From Sedimentibacter sp. (GTDB lineage Bacteria; Bacillota; Clostridia; Tissierellales; Sedimentibacteraceae), in the NCBI GenBank assembly GCA_035270885.1, contig DATESJ010000123.1:1-59867 (forward strand): a DNA stretch of 59,867 nucleotides. The letters are read 5' to 3'. The notes beneath the pieces are model-generated. The model was not told the DNA's origin and searched no databases. It was given only the letters and a program-made list of their open reading frames with translations. Positions 49,521 through 57,659 of the stretch are shown here, piece after piece. Both the position numbers and the translations under genes were made by a program. Each line of letters begins with the position of its first letter. Positions within the stretch are counted from its first letter, which is position 1.

Positions 49521-49925
49521 CTATTCTTCTTCACTTTCACCTGTGTTATCTCCAAATTCATTGGGGTCATTATTTAGTATTGCTAAATCTTTACTCACAT
49601 CCTTTCTATTTTTCTTAAGCTTATTAAGCTCTTCAAGGTGGCTGTAGATAGTAGCAATTTCATCTTCAATTTCGTAAAATCTTTCATCAAAGTCTTCATA
49701 ATCCCCTATTCTCATTTTTATTAAGCTATTATGAGACTTAGCAATTTCCTTCATAGACCTATTTAAACTCCATGTTTTTTCCTCAAGGTCTTCTAAAAAA
49801 TCTTCTGTATTGTTAAGTCTTTCAGTAAGCATACCTAACTTCTTCCTGTTTTTTATTTCAGAAACTAGAAGACCTATTCCTGTAAGTGCCAAACCTATTA
49901 TTAATTTTTCCTTTTTTATTTCCAA
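49521..49925 (-). CDS. Hypothetical membrane-anchored coiled-coil protein
   Basis: GAGGAGG RBS, TTG start, N-terminal TM. Confidence 0.65.
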   Translation of the reverse strand: MEIKKEKLIIGLALTGIGLLVSEIKNRKKLGMLTERLNNTEDFLEDLEEKTWSLNRSMKEIAKSHNSLIKMRIGDYEDFDERFYEIEDEIATIYSHLEELNKLKKNRKDVSKDLAILNNDPNEFGDNTGESEEE

Positions 49926-49946
49926 ATCTTTTCCTCCTCTATATTT

Positions 49947-50816
49947 TTAATGAGCATTCATTATGCTCTTTGCAATTGTTCCACTCTTTAGCATCATAAT
50001 CCCAAGAAGTACCGTATATCCAAGAACTCCGAATATGCTGGCATGAATATCTGTGGTTATATGAATTGTCTTTACAAGCACCGCATATATTCCAAGGCAT
50101 ATCATTAAGAGCAATCCCTGAAGCCCAAGTGCAAATAATCCCTTGATATAATTTGTTCCAATCTGACCCCATTCTTTATTTCCCATAGTTGCAAATGGAA
50201 TTGCTGATACTGAGCTATACAAACAAATTTCAATCATTCTTCCGTAAGTTATTACAGTAACTATGATTGATACAACCTGGATTGAAAGCTTCACAAGTGA
50301 AGTATCCATGGCTATCAGTATCAAATTCCATAAACTCTCATCCTTTAGATGTTCTACCATTGTGGCCACATCCAGAGCATCAAGGGATGCACTTGTATTT
50401 ATCACTCCCGCCGCCTTAGTTACCAAATTCTGTGATACATCAAATACTGCCATCGAGAAGGTGAAAGCATTACTTACAAACCATACTGCTATCCACATCT
50501 TGATAATGTATTTAAAGAAATCAAATGTATCTGTATCAGAGTGCATATTGTTTTTCTCCATGACCATGTTTATGAGTTCTATGCACAAGACGGCGGTTAT
50601 GATAATTCCCGCTATGGGAATAACTACAGTGTCGTTAATATTCTTTACAAAGCTAAATACTTCTGCATTCCAACCACTTGGTATTTTACCGACTTCTGTA
50701 GCTACAAGACTTACATTCTCATTTATATCTAAGAACATTGCTTCAAGGTTTGCTTGGATAATTCCGATAAAAATCTCCTGAAAAAATTCAGTTATCTTGT
50801 CGAAAAGTCCAAACAT
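49947..50816 (-). CDS. VirB6/TrbL-like conjugal transfer membrane protein
   Basis: Multi-TM; YGRMIEI, PFATMGNKEWGQIGTNYIKGLFALGLQG. Confidence 0.9.
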   Translation of the reverse strand: MFGLFDKITEFFQEIFIGIIQANLEAMFLDINENVSLVATEVGKIPSGWNAEVFSFVKNINDTVVIPIAGIIITAVLCIELINMVMEKNNMHSDTDTFDFFKYIIKMWIAVWFVSNAFTFSMAVFDVSQNLVTKAAGVINTSASLDALDVATMVEHLKDESLWNLILIAMDTSLVKLSIQVVSIIVTVITYGRMIEICLYSSVSAIPFATMGNKEWGQIGTNYIKGLFALGLQGLLLMICLGIYAVLVKTIHITTDIHASIFGVLGYTVLLGIMMLKSGTIAKSIMNAH

Positions 50817-50834
50817 TTTTTATCTACCTCTTTC

Positions 50835-51050
50835 TTAATTAAGTGTATTCGCAAGTAATGGTATAAGCTTCATTCCAATAAGAACAATACCTCCACCTGC
50901 CATTAGTTGCTTGATTCCTTGTGACTTTGCCCCAGGATTATCGTTCCCATAACCCTCCATAAGGTTAATTACTCCCCATGCCCCTAAACCTGCACCAATT
51001 GCTGTAACTAAAGTCTTTAAAACTGCTATTCCCTCTGTAAAAAATGCCAT
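50835..51050 (-). CDS. Maff2 family protein
   Basis: MAFF...GLGAWGVINLMEGYGNDNPGAKSQGIKQLMAGGG. Confidence 0.92.
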   Translation of the reverse strand: MAFFTEGIAVLKTLVTAIGAGLGAWGVINLMEGYGNDNPGAKSQGIKQLMAGGGIVLIGMKLIPLLANTLN

Positions 51051-51051
51051 A

Positions 51052-51372
51052 TTATTTTTCCTCCTTATTTTCTTTTTCAATTTTATTCATATGCTTTACT
51101 ATAAAATTCTTATATAGCTTGTCATTGTTTCTTCTTTCTTTGATATAACCAAAGACATGGATAAGATCTCCTGGCTTTAGTTTCTTTGCTACTTCTGACC
51201 ATTCCCCATAGGCTGCACAATTTGTATAGTGCCTTTTACCATTCCTTTTTTCTACAAGAGAAAAGTTTGTTACATTTATTGTTTCACCATCCCAGTCAAA
51301 GGAAGCTGTTTTTACCTCCCCCACTAGATTAGCTGTTACATTTTTCATATCTCTTTCTTTTAAATCTGCCAT
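51052..51372 (-). CDS. Single-stranded DNA-binding (OB-fold) protein
   Basis: ANLVGE, NFSLV, YTNCAAYG, GDLIHVFGY. Confidence 0.75.
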   Translation of the reverse strand: MADLKERDMKNVTANLVGEVKTASFDWDGETINVTNFSLVEKRNGKRHYTNCAAYGEWSEVAKKLKPGDLIHVFGYIKERRNNDKLYKNFIVKHMNKIEKENKEEK

Positions 51373-51408
51373 ATCCTATTCCTAGCCTCCTATTTTCTTT
51401 TTTGAAAT

Positions 51409-51447
51409 AAAAAAAGCGACTGGACTTGTTTCTTATCCAATCGCTAT
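51409..51447 (-). terminator. Internal terminator upstream of ssb-maff2-virB6
   Basis: AGCGATTGGA...TCCAGTCGCT-TTTTTT. Confidence 0.75.
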
Positions 51448-51473
51448 TATCTATTCTATATTTTTATTATAAA

Positions 51474-51503
51474 CTATTTAGTTGGACTTCTTATCCTTTT
51501 CAT
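51474..51503 (-). CDS. Putative leader peptide MKRIRSPTK
   Basis: AAGGAG RBS, 9-codon ORF lying between two terminators. Confidence 0.45.
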   Translation of the reverse strand: MKRIRSPTK

Positions 51504-51527
51504 ATTGATCTCCTTGTTCTAGACATG

Positions 51528-51561
51528 AAAAAAGATGATAGATTCTACTGACTATCATCTT
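51528..51561 (-). terminator. Terminator after the XRE gene
   Basis: AAGATGATAG...CTATCATCTT-TTTT. Confidence 0.75.
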
Positions 51562-51580
51562 CTACTAGATTTCTTTATTA

Positions 51581-51790
51581 CTATTCAAAATAAAATAATT
51601 CTTCAAATTTTTTATCTAATGCTATACAAAGTACTAATGCTAATCTCGCTGTAGGACTAAATTGTCCTGTTTCAATAGAACTTATTGTATTTCTTGAAAC
51701 TCCAACCATTTCTGCTAATTCAGTTTGGGTTAGCCCTTTTTTATTCCTAATTTCTTTTAAATTATTTTTAAATTCATATTCTTTTTTCAT
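51581..51790 (-). CDS. XRE family HTH regulator
   Basis: LTQTELAEMVGVSRNTISSIETGQFSP. Confidence 0.92.
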   Translation of the reverse strand: MKKEYEFKNNLKEIRNKKGLTQTELAEMVGVSRNTISSIETGQFSPTARLALVLCIALDKKFEELFYFE

Positions 51791-51795
51791 AATTA

Positions 51796-52107
51796 CTAAC
51801 CCAAACTATAAAGAATATGATTAATAAGGAATACCACACAGGCAATACCAGCACATATAGCCCCAAATTTATTTGATTTATCTCCTGAAAATTTATATAA
51901 GGAATGGTTTTCTGCAGCAATAAATCCCCAAAATAGTGATTGAACTGAATAGGTTTTTTGACCAGTAAATAAATTAAAAATAATAATTATAATACTTAGT
52001 GCTAAAAAAATCTTGTAACCTATGCCTAGTCCCTTATTTTTAATATGTTCAACTCCTTCATCAATATTTTCAGTTCTTACCTGTTCTAAAATTCTATCTT
52101 TATCCAT
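51796..52107 (-). CDS. Small 3-TM membrane protein (DUF6442-like)
   Basis: MDKDRILEQVRTENIDEG then three hydrophobic helices; GGAGG RBS. Confidence 0.7.
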   Translation of the reverse strand: MDKDRILEQVRTENIDEGVEHIKNKGLGIGYKIFLALSIIIIIFNLFTGQKTYSVQSLFWGFIAAENHSLYKFSGDKSNKFGAICAGIACVVFLINHILYSLG

Positions 52108-52124
52108 TTCGCTTCCTCCCTCGC

Positions 52125-52173
52125 CAAGTTTACTTTGCATCTTTATTGTATATTTTCCAAGTAAACTTGTCAA
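52125..52173 (-). promoter_or_regulatory. Promoter with two palindromic operators for the membrane protein-XRE pair
   Basis: TTGACA-17-TACAAT; CAAGTAAACTTG (52158-52169) and CAAGTTTACTTTG (52125-52137). Confidence 0.7.
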
Positions 52174-52243
52174 GGGTTTTTATAAATTATATAATATATT
52201 TTATATATTAACTATATTGGGTTTTTACCTTCATAATTATTAC

Positions 52244-54031
52244 CTACAATCTTGTTATTATAGACTCCTTACCTAGCCTTGCCTTACCCTGCCTTTTCAT
52301 ATATTCTTCAACATCAAAAAAGTTCCTATCATCATAATCTTCTAGGAATTTATAATTCTTATGTTTTGTAATATCAAACTTCTCTGATAGAAATGGTCTC
52401 ACACCTCTAAGTTGCATAATACACTTGCTTCCATCCATTACAAAAAGCTCATCCTTGGTCATAAGCTCCTTACCAGTCTTTTGATAATTAAGACCAAAGG
52501 ACTTTTGATTACTCCTTGTTTCCGATGTATTAAATAGGTCAATAGTTTCCTTACCTAATGTTTCTGAAATCTCTTTTAAAGTTCCATTCTCCTTGCCTCC
52601 TAAGAATAGGGTTGTATCACAGTTTCCTATTATGGTATCTGCATTATCCTTGTATATTGCCTTTAGTTGGGATTGAGCCTGCAATACGATACAGGCACTT
52701 ATCTCCCTTGATCTTATTGTAGCTATTAGTTTTTCAAATTTTGGAATCAAGCCTATATTTGCAAACTCATCTAGAAGACACCTAACATGGATGGGTAGCC
52801 TTCCACCATATACATCATCAGCCTTATCACAGAGTAGGTTAAACATCTGAGAATACATGAGTGATACAACAAAGTTAAATGTATCATCTGTATCTGAAAT
52901 AATTACAAAAAGAGCAGTTTTTCTGTCTCCTAGAATATCTAGTTCCATCTCATCCTCACTCATTAAATCCCTAAGTTCCTTAATATCAAAGGGAGCTAGC
53001 CTTGCACCACAGGATATTAAAATGGATTTTGCTGTCTTTCCAGCTGCTAACTTATATTTACGATATTGCTTAACTGCAAAATGATCTGGATTCTTTTCTT
53101 CTAAGGCTTCAAACATATAATCTACCGCATTTTTAAAATTCTCATCCTCCTCCCTAACCTCACTAGCATCTATCATGGCTAGTAGGGTTGTAAAATTTTG
53201 TTCTTCTTTTGGTGTTTCATAAAAGATATAGCCAATTAAGGCTGTATAGTAAAGCCTTTCAGCTTTCACCCAAAAATCCTCTCCTGACTTTTCTCCTTCT
53301 CCTTTGGTATTGGCTATGATAGTCTGGACCAGTTTCAAAATATCTTTTTCACTTCTAAGATAGGCAAAGGGATTATATTTCATACTCTTTTTAAAGTTAA
53401 TGGTATTTAGAGTTTTTATCTCGTAACCATTCATTTCTAACATCTTGCCACACTCATGAAGTAGACTTCCTTTAGGATCAGTTACTACATAGCTAGAATG
53501 GAGTTGCATAAGATTAGGCTTTACAAAGAATCTTGTCTTCCCTGAACCAGAACCACCAATTACAAGAACATTTTTATTCCTTGCATACTTGGGATTTTTA
53601 GGTCTACTATTCATAGTAATTCTTTCTGTTTCTGTAAGAAGGAGATTATTTCTATAATCTTCATCCATATAAGGAGCAATATCCTTTGAATTTCCCCATC
53701 TTGCTGAACCATATTCCTCACCTTTTCTAAATTTTTTAGCATTTTTACCCTTGTTATAGATAATAAACTTAATCAATATAGCTAGGATAAATCCTGCAAG
53801 TAAGTCCTTGGGGTCTAGGCTAGGATATAGTCTAATTGTTTCTATTTCCAAGACCGCTTGGAATAAACGGTCTATTAAATCACCTCCTACATATGAATTT
53901 ATATGGTGAGAAAAAATATCCCCTAAATAGAAAAATGCAAGATAAGGTATGTTCTTCTTAAGAAAAGCCTTCTTATCTTGCACATGAAATAATTCTTTTA
54001 TATCCTTTTTTATTCCTTCTATTACACTCAA
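52244..54031 (-). CDS. virD4: VirD4-like type IV coupling protein
   Basis: GGSGSGKTRF, TDPKG, LLDEFANIG, IRSREIS. Confidence 0.95.
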   Translation of the reverse strand: MSVIEGIKKDIKELFHVQDKKAFLKKNIPYLAFFYLGDIFSHHINSYVGGDLIDRLFQAVLEIETIRLYPSLDPKDLLAGFILAILIKFIIYNKGKNAKKFRKGEEYGSARWGNSKDIAPYMDEDYRNNLLLTETERITMNSRPKNPKYARNKNVLVIGGSGSGKTRFFVKPNLMQLHSSYVVTDPKGSLLHECGKMLEMNGYEIKTLNTINFKKSMKYNPFAYLRSEKDILKLVQTIIANTKGEGEKSGEDFWVKAERLYYTALIGYIFYETPKEEQNFTTLLAMIDASEVREEDENFKNAVDYMFEALEEKNPDHFAVKQYRKYKLAAGKTAKSILISCGARLAPFDIKELRDLMSEDEMELDILGDRKTALFVIISDTDDTFNFVVSLMYSQMFNLLCDKADDVYGGRLPIHVRCLLDEFANIGLIPKFEKLIATIRSREISACIVLQAQSQLKAIYKDNADTIIGNCDTTLFLGGKENGTLKEISETLGKETIDLFNTSETRSNQKSFGLNYQKTGKELMTKDELFVMDGSKCIMQLRGVRPFLSEKFDITKHKNYKFLEDYDDRNFFDVEEYMKRQGKARLGKESIITRL

Positions 54032-54058
54032 TCTACCACCTCCTTAGCTGGGAGTTTC

Positions 54059-54604
54059 TTATCTTTCCTCACCCATATCTCTTTTCTTTTTTTCCTTATT
54101 TATAGGATTAATTTTATCTACCTTTCCTTTATATTCATTTAGGAGTTCAATTGTTGATTTCTTTTTTCTACCTAATTGAGTTTCTGAAAGTTTTACTTCT
54201 TTTCCCTCCAGTAAAAAACCAGATATATCAAGAAAGTTCCAGTCTTTATCTCTTGGGATAATCTTAAAAATAGAATTGATAAAATAATCATTTCCATCCA
54301 TTTTGTAGGTCTGGCCATAAACTGATAGGTTTAAAAATCTTTCATCATCAATAAGAATATCCACACCATTTTTAAAATCTGCATATTCGACCAACTCATA
54401 TATGTCCCATAAGTTTGAATCTATAACCTTCATTTCTTTGTCCTTATGGCCCAAATCTATATACTTATGAAGGACTACACAATCATAATCTTCTAGCTTT
54501 ATTAGCTTTTCCATTAGTTCTTCTATCTCTTCACTATGTTTCTCAAATTCAAACTCATCACAATCAATACAGCTTTTTTCATTTAACATTAACATCAAAA
54601 TCAC
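54059..54604 (-). CDS. Hypothetical protein with basic C-terminal tail
   Basis: Open ORF in operon position; start uncertain. Confidence 0.7.
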   Translation of the reverse strand: MILMLMLNEKSCIDCDEFEFEKHSEEIEELMEKLIKLEDYDCVVLHKYIDLGHKDKEMKVIDSNLWDIYELVEYADFKNGVDILIDDERFLNLSVYGQTYKMDGNDYFINSIFKIIPRDKDWNFLDISGFLLEGKEVKLSETQLGRKKKSTIELLNEYKGKVDKINPINKEKKKRDMGEER

Positions 54605-54612
54605 CCACTTCC

Positions 54613-55344
54613 TTAAATTTCTCCCATCTCCTTAAGTAAGGAGAAAAAATATGCTCTTCCCTCAGGTCTTACTACTGTATAAACTCCAGGTTCCCCATTA
54701 TATTTATTGATATAATCTTTTAATTTAAAGTAATCAGCTGCAGTTGAATAAAATCTTAGTTTCCCTTTTTGGTTTCTATAAAGGTATCCCCTGTCTATTA
54801 ATATATTTATAAATCTATTTTGAGAAACTCCTAATTCCTTTGCAGTATCTCTTAGGCAGATACAGTCACCTAGATCTATAAACTTATCAAAGAATTCTCC
54901 CTTAGGAATAAGATCTTCTAATTCTTCTGTCCTTGCTTCTATTTGCTTTAAAGCTACTAGATACCCTTTTGCCAGAAGTTCTTGGTCATTCATTTTTTCT
55001 TGGCCAGTAAAATAGCCTCCATATTTCCTAATTGAAGGTAAAACCTCACTTGTTACCCAGTTCTTAAATCTTATGGCACTGTCTAGCTTACTTCCAAATA
55101 TAAGAGCATACATACCAGACTCATTTATAACTACCATATTTCTTCCCTGACCTGATACTGTAAAACACCGTTTCAGCTTATCTCCTTCATAAACATGGCT
55201 TGCTATGGCATCACTTGGTCTTTTATATCCTAGAGCTTCTGCTATATCTTTTCCAACAAACCAAGGCTCATCATCTATTACCATTGTCCTTATCTGTCCA
55301 AACTCTCTATTTTCAAACACCTTTATTTTATACATATATTTCAC
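54613..55344 (-). CDS. BRO-N / KilAC antirepressor-like protein
   Basis: FENREFGQIR, PWFVGKDIAEALGY, INESGMYALI, WVTSEVLPSIRKYGGY. Confidence 0.9.
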   Translation of the reverse strand: MKYMYKIKVFENREFGQIRTMVIDDEPWFVGKDIAEALGYKRPSDAIASHVYEGDKLKRCFTVSGQGRNMVVINESGMYALIFGSKLDSAIRFKNWVTSEVLPSIRKYGGYFTGQEKMNDQELLAKGYLVALKQIEARTEELEDLIPKGEFFDKFIDLGDCICLRDTAKELGVSQNRFINILIDRGYLYRNQKGKLRFYSTAADYFKLKDYINKYNGEPGVYTVVRPEGRAYFFSLLKEMGEI

Positions 55345-55345
55345 C

Positions 55346-56194
55346 TCATCTATCTCCTAAAAGTAGGTCTCTAGTTTCTCTTAATTTTTTTCTTCCTAGT
55401 TCTGTTCTAATGTCTTTTCCTGCAATCTTAACTGGAATACACATCTCCCTAAGCCTTGAATATATCCTTTCCTTGTCAATATCATTACTTCCATTCATAA
55501 TCACACCAAGGGGAATATTAGTTGAGATAATAGTTGGTTTCTTTGATTCATATCTGGTATTTATTATCTGGTAGACCATTTCATTCACATATTCTGTATT
55601 CCTTTCAATTCCAAAATCATCAAGAATAAGAAGGGATACACTGGATAATTTTCTGTAATAATCATTTTTATCAATATCAAAGCCACCCTTTTCAATATCA
55701 TTTATTATCTGTGGAATATTTCTCATCTTAACTCTTATCTGATAATCCTCTATAATTTTGTTTGCTATACAAGCTGCTAGGTAGGTCTTTCCTGTTCCAA
55801 CATTTCCATGAAATATAAGACCATTATTGTCCTTTGATAGTTCTTTAAAATTTTTAACAAAATTCTTGGCTATAATAACTTCCTGTCTATCAGGGGCTAT
55901 GACCTTGTCAAAAGTGCAACTAATAAGATTTTTACTTGTTATAAAGCACTCTTCCCTAAGTCTTCTAATATGGTCTGCTTCTTCCTTTGCCTTTCTTAGG
56001 CTTTCTTCTTCCCTATCACATTTACATTTCCTACGAAATAATATTTTTTTATTCCCCAAGCAATTAAGTGGATCTGAATCTATCTTTTCTTTGCATCTCC
56101 TACAATAAACATGGCCATCTTTTTCATATGCCATTTCTAGATTAAAAGAAAAATCTACTCCATCAATTACAATAGTTTTTATTTTATCTTCCAT
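55346..56194 (-). CDS. DnaC/IstB-like ATPase (helicase loader)
   Basis: CRRC/CKC zinc residues, GNVGTGKT, LILDDFG, PTIISTN, RIYSRL. Confidence 0.88.
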   Translation of the reverse strand: MEDKIKTIVIDGVDFSFNLEMAYEKDGHVYCRRCKEKIDSDPLNCLGNKKILFRRKCKCDREEESLRKAKEEADHIRRLREECFITSKNLISCTFDKVIAPDRQEVIIAKNFVKNFKELSKDNNGLIFHGNVGTGKTYLAACIANKIIEDYQIRVKMRNIPQIINDIEKGGFDIDKNDYYRKLSSVSLLILDDFGIERNTEYVNEMVYQIINTRYESKKPTIISTNIPLGVIMNGSNDIDKERIYSRLREMCIPVKIAGKDIRTELGRKKLRETRDLLLGDR

Positions 56195-56208
56195 TTTCTC
56201 TACCTCTC

Positions 56209-57000
56209 TTAATTATTTAAGTTCCACTCACTTTCATAATCTGAAGGATCTCCTGTATAGGCTTTTTCACTCCTAAGCTTTCCTTCTCTTTTATCCTTTA
56301 AGTACCAGCTCATAATAGTTGAAGCATGGTTTTTATACTCCTTACCTGTACTTTGTATATAGGCTGATAATCTTTCTATATAATCATTTAAGTTAGGTAT
56401 CTTTTCTTCTAAAATACTTTCTTCCTCATCTGATAAAATTACATTTTGGAAGATTCCTTTTTTGTCTTCTAGATTAAAATCAATATAGCTTTTATCAATC
56501 TTATTATTCTCTATATAGTTAGGTTGTCTTTTTGATAAGTCTAGACTTTCCTTTTTAGCCATTCTTGAATTATCAAAATCGCCATTCTTGACTTGTCCTT
56601 TTGACAAGTCTTGATTTTCTCTTTTGACAGGTCTAAAGTTTTCATTTCTAAAAATACTCATAAAATCTTTAACATAAATTTTAGTAGGATTTCCCTGTCC
56701 TGTTCTTTTCTTTTTAATAAGACCTATTACTTCAAGATCCTTTATAAGTTTAACTGCCTTCTTAATACCACAACCTAGTTGTTGGGCAGTTTCTTCAACA
56801 GTAAAATAGATATAAACTCTTCCATTTTCATCTATCCAATTGTTTTTATAGGACAAAGTGCTTCTTGATAAATACATGGAATAAAGCACCTTTGCGTCTA
56901 TTGATAATCCCTTAAATTTCTCATCTTCTATAAGAACTATAGGTAAACGGATAAATCTAAAACTTTCAGAATCTCTTCCGTAAAAGTAATCAAAATCCAT
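56209..57000 (-). CDS. repA: RepA_N family replication initiator
   Basis: MDFDYFYG, AKVLYS, NNWIDENGRVYIYF, GQGNPTKIYV. Confidence 0.9.
   Translation of the reverse strand: MDFDYFYGRDSESFRFIRLPIVLIEDEKFKGLSIDAKVLYSMYLSRSTLSYKNNWIDENGRVYIYFTVEETAQQLGCGIKKAVKLIKDLEVIGLIKKKRTGQGNPTKIYVKDFMSIFRNENFRPVKRENQDLSKGQVKNGDFDNSRMAKKESLDLSKRQPNYIENNKIDKSYIDFNLEDKKGIFQNVILSDEEESILEEKIPNLNDYIERLSAYIQSTGKEYKNHASTIMSWYLKDKREGKLRSEKAYTGDPSDYESEWNLNN
56524..56635. repeat. Iteron-like repeats inside repA (predicted oriV)
   Basis: TTTTGA(T/C)A(A/G)GTC three times and GCCATTCTTGA twice, at roughly 23-bp phasing. Confidence 0.65.
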
Positions 57001-57060
57001 TCACATCACCTCATCTCAATAAAAAAGACACCTAAGATTTCTCTTAAATGCCTGGTCCAT

Positions 57061-57555
57061 CTATCTCTCATGTTCATGATGTTTTTCCTTAACTTTGTCT
57101 TTAACTGCCACATTTTTCACCCTTTCCTTAAATTTATTCAGGATTTCTTTTGTAGAATCCCTTTTATTTTCTTTCCTTTCTGACCTCTCTATAGCTTTTT
57201 TAAAAGCTAAGTCCATGACCTTAGTATCCTTGGCTTGAAAGAATACAGAGTATAGTCCTGATTCCTTGTTCTTCATAACGGAAAAATTGACACCATACCT
57301 ATTAAGCTGCTTCTTTAGTTCTTTGATCTCCCCTTTCTGTAAATTAATATTTTCTAGTTGACCCTTCTTTACCATATCCTTAAGCTTTCTTGAATTAGTT
57401 TTTCTTTTTTCATTAAGATAGTCTGCAAGTGGCTGGCTTTTTTCAGCAGCATCTTCCATAATTTTTTTCATTGCTTTTAAGATAGCTTTTGCGGAATACT
57501 GTGCAACCTTAATTTCAATATTTATTGCCTTATTATTAACTTCATCATTTACCAT
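57061..57555 (-). CDS. PcfB family protein
   Basis: KLKDMVKKGQLENI, LNRYGVNFSVMK, YSVFFQAKD. Confidence 0.88.
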   Translation of the reverse strand: MVNDEVNNKAINIEIKVAQYSAKAILKAMKKIMEDAAEKSQPLADYLNEKRKTNSRKLKDMVKKGQLENINLQKGEIKELKKQLNRYGVNFSVMKNKESGLYSVFFQAKDTKVMDLAFKKAIERSERKENKRDSTKEILNKFKERVKNVAVKDKVKEKHHEHER

Positions 57556-57583
57556 TTAGGCAACCTCCTTTCTGAGGGGAAAT

Positions 57584-57621
57584 AAAAAAAGCGGCCCAGA
57601 TTTTTAGGTCTGAACCGCTAA
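57584..57621 (-). terminator. Terminator between ABC-F and pcfB
   Basis: AGCGGTTCAGA...TCTGGGCCGCT-TTTTTT. Confidence 0.75.
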
Positions 57622-57659
57622 GATTTGTTAAGTTATGCTTTTACTCTTTAATATTGTAT

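Noticed and set aside
49939-50172. 77-aa same-strand alternative-frame ORF inside virB6
   Set aside because: Unlike the TnpV-like case, it has no clear RBS or family resemblance and the host frame is strongly conserved
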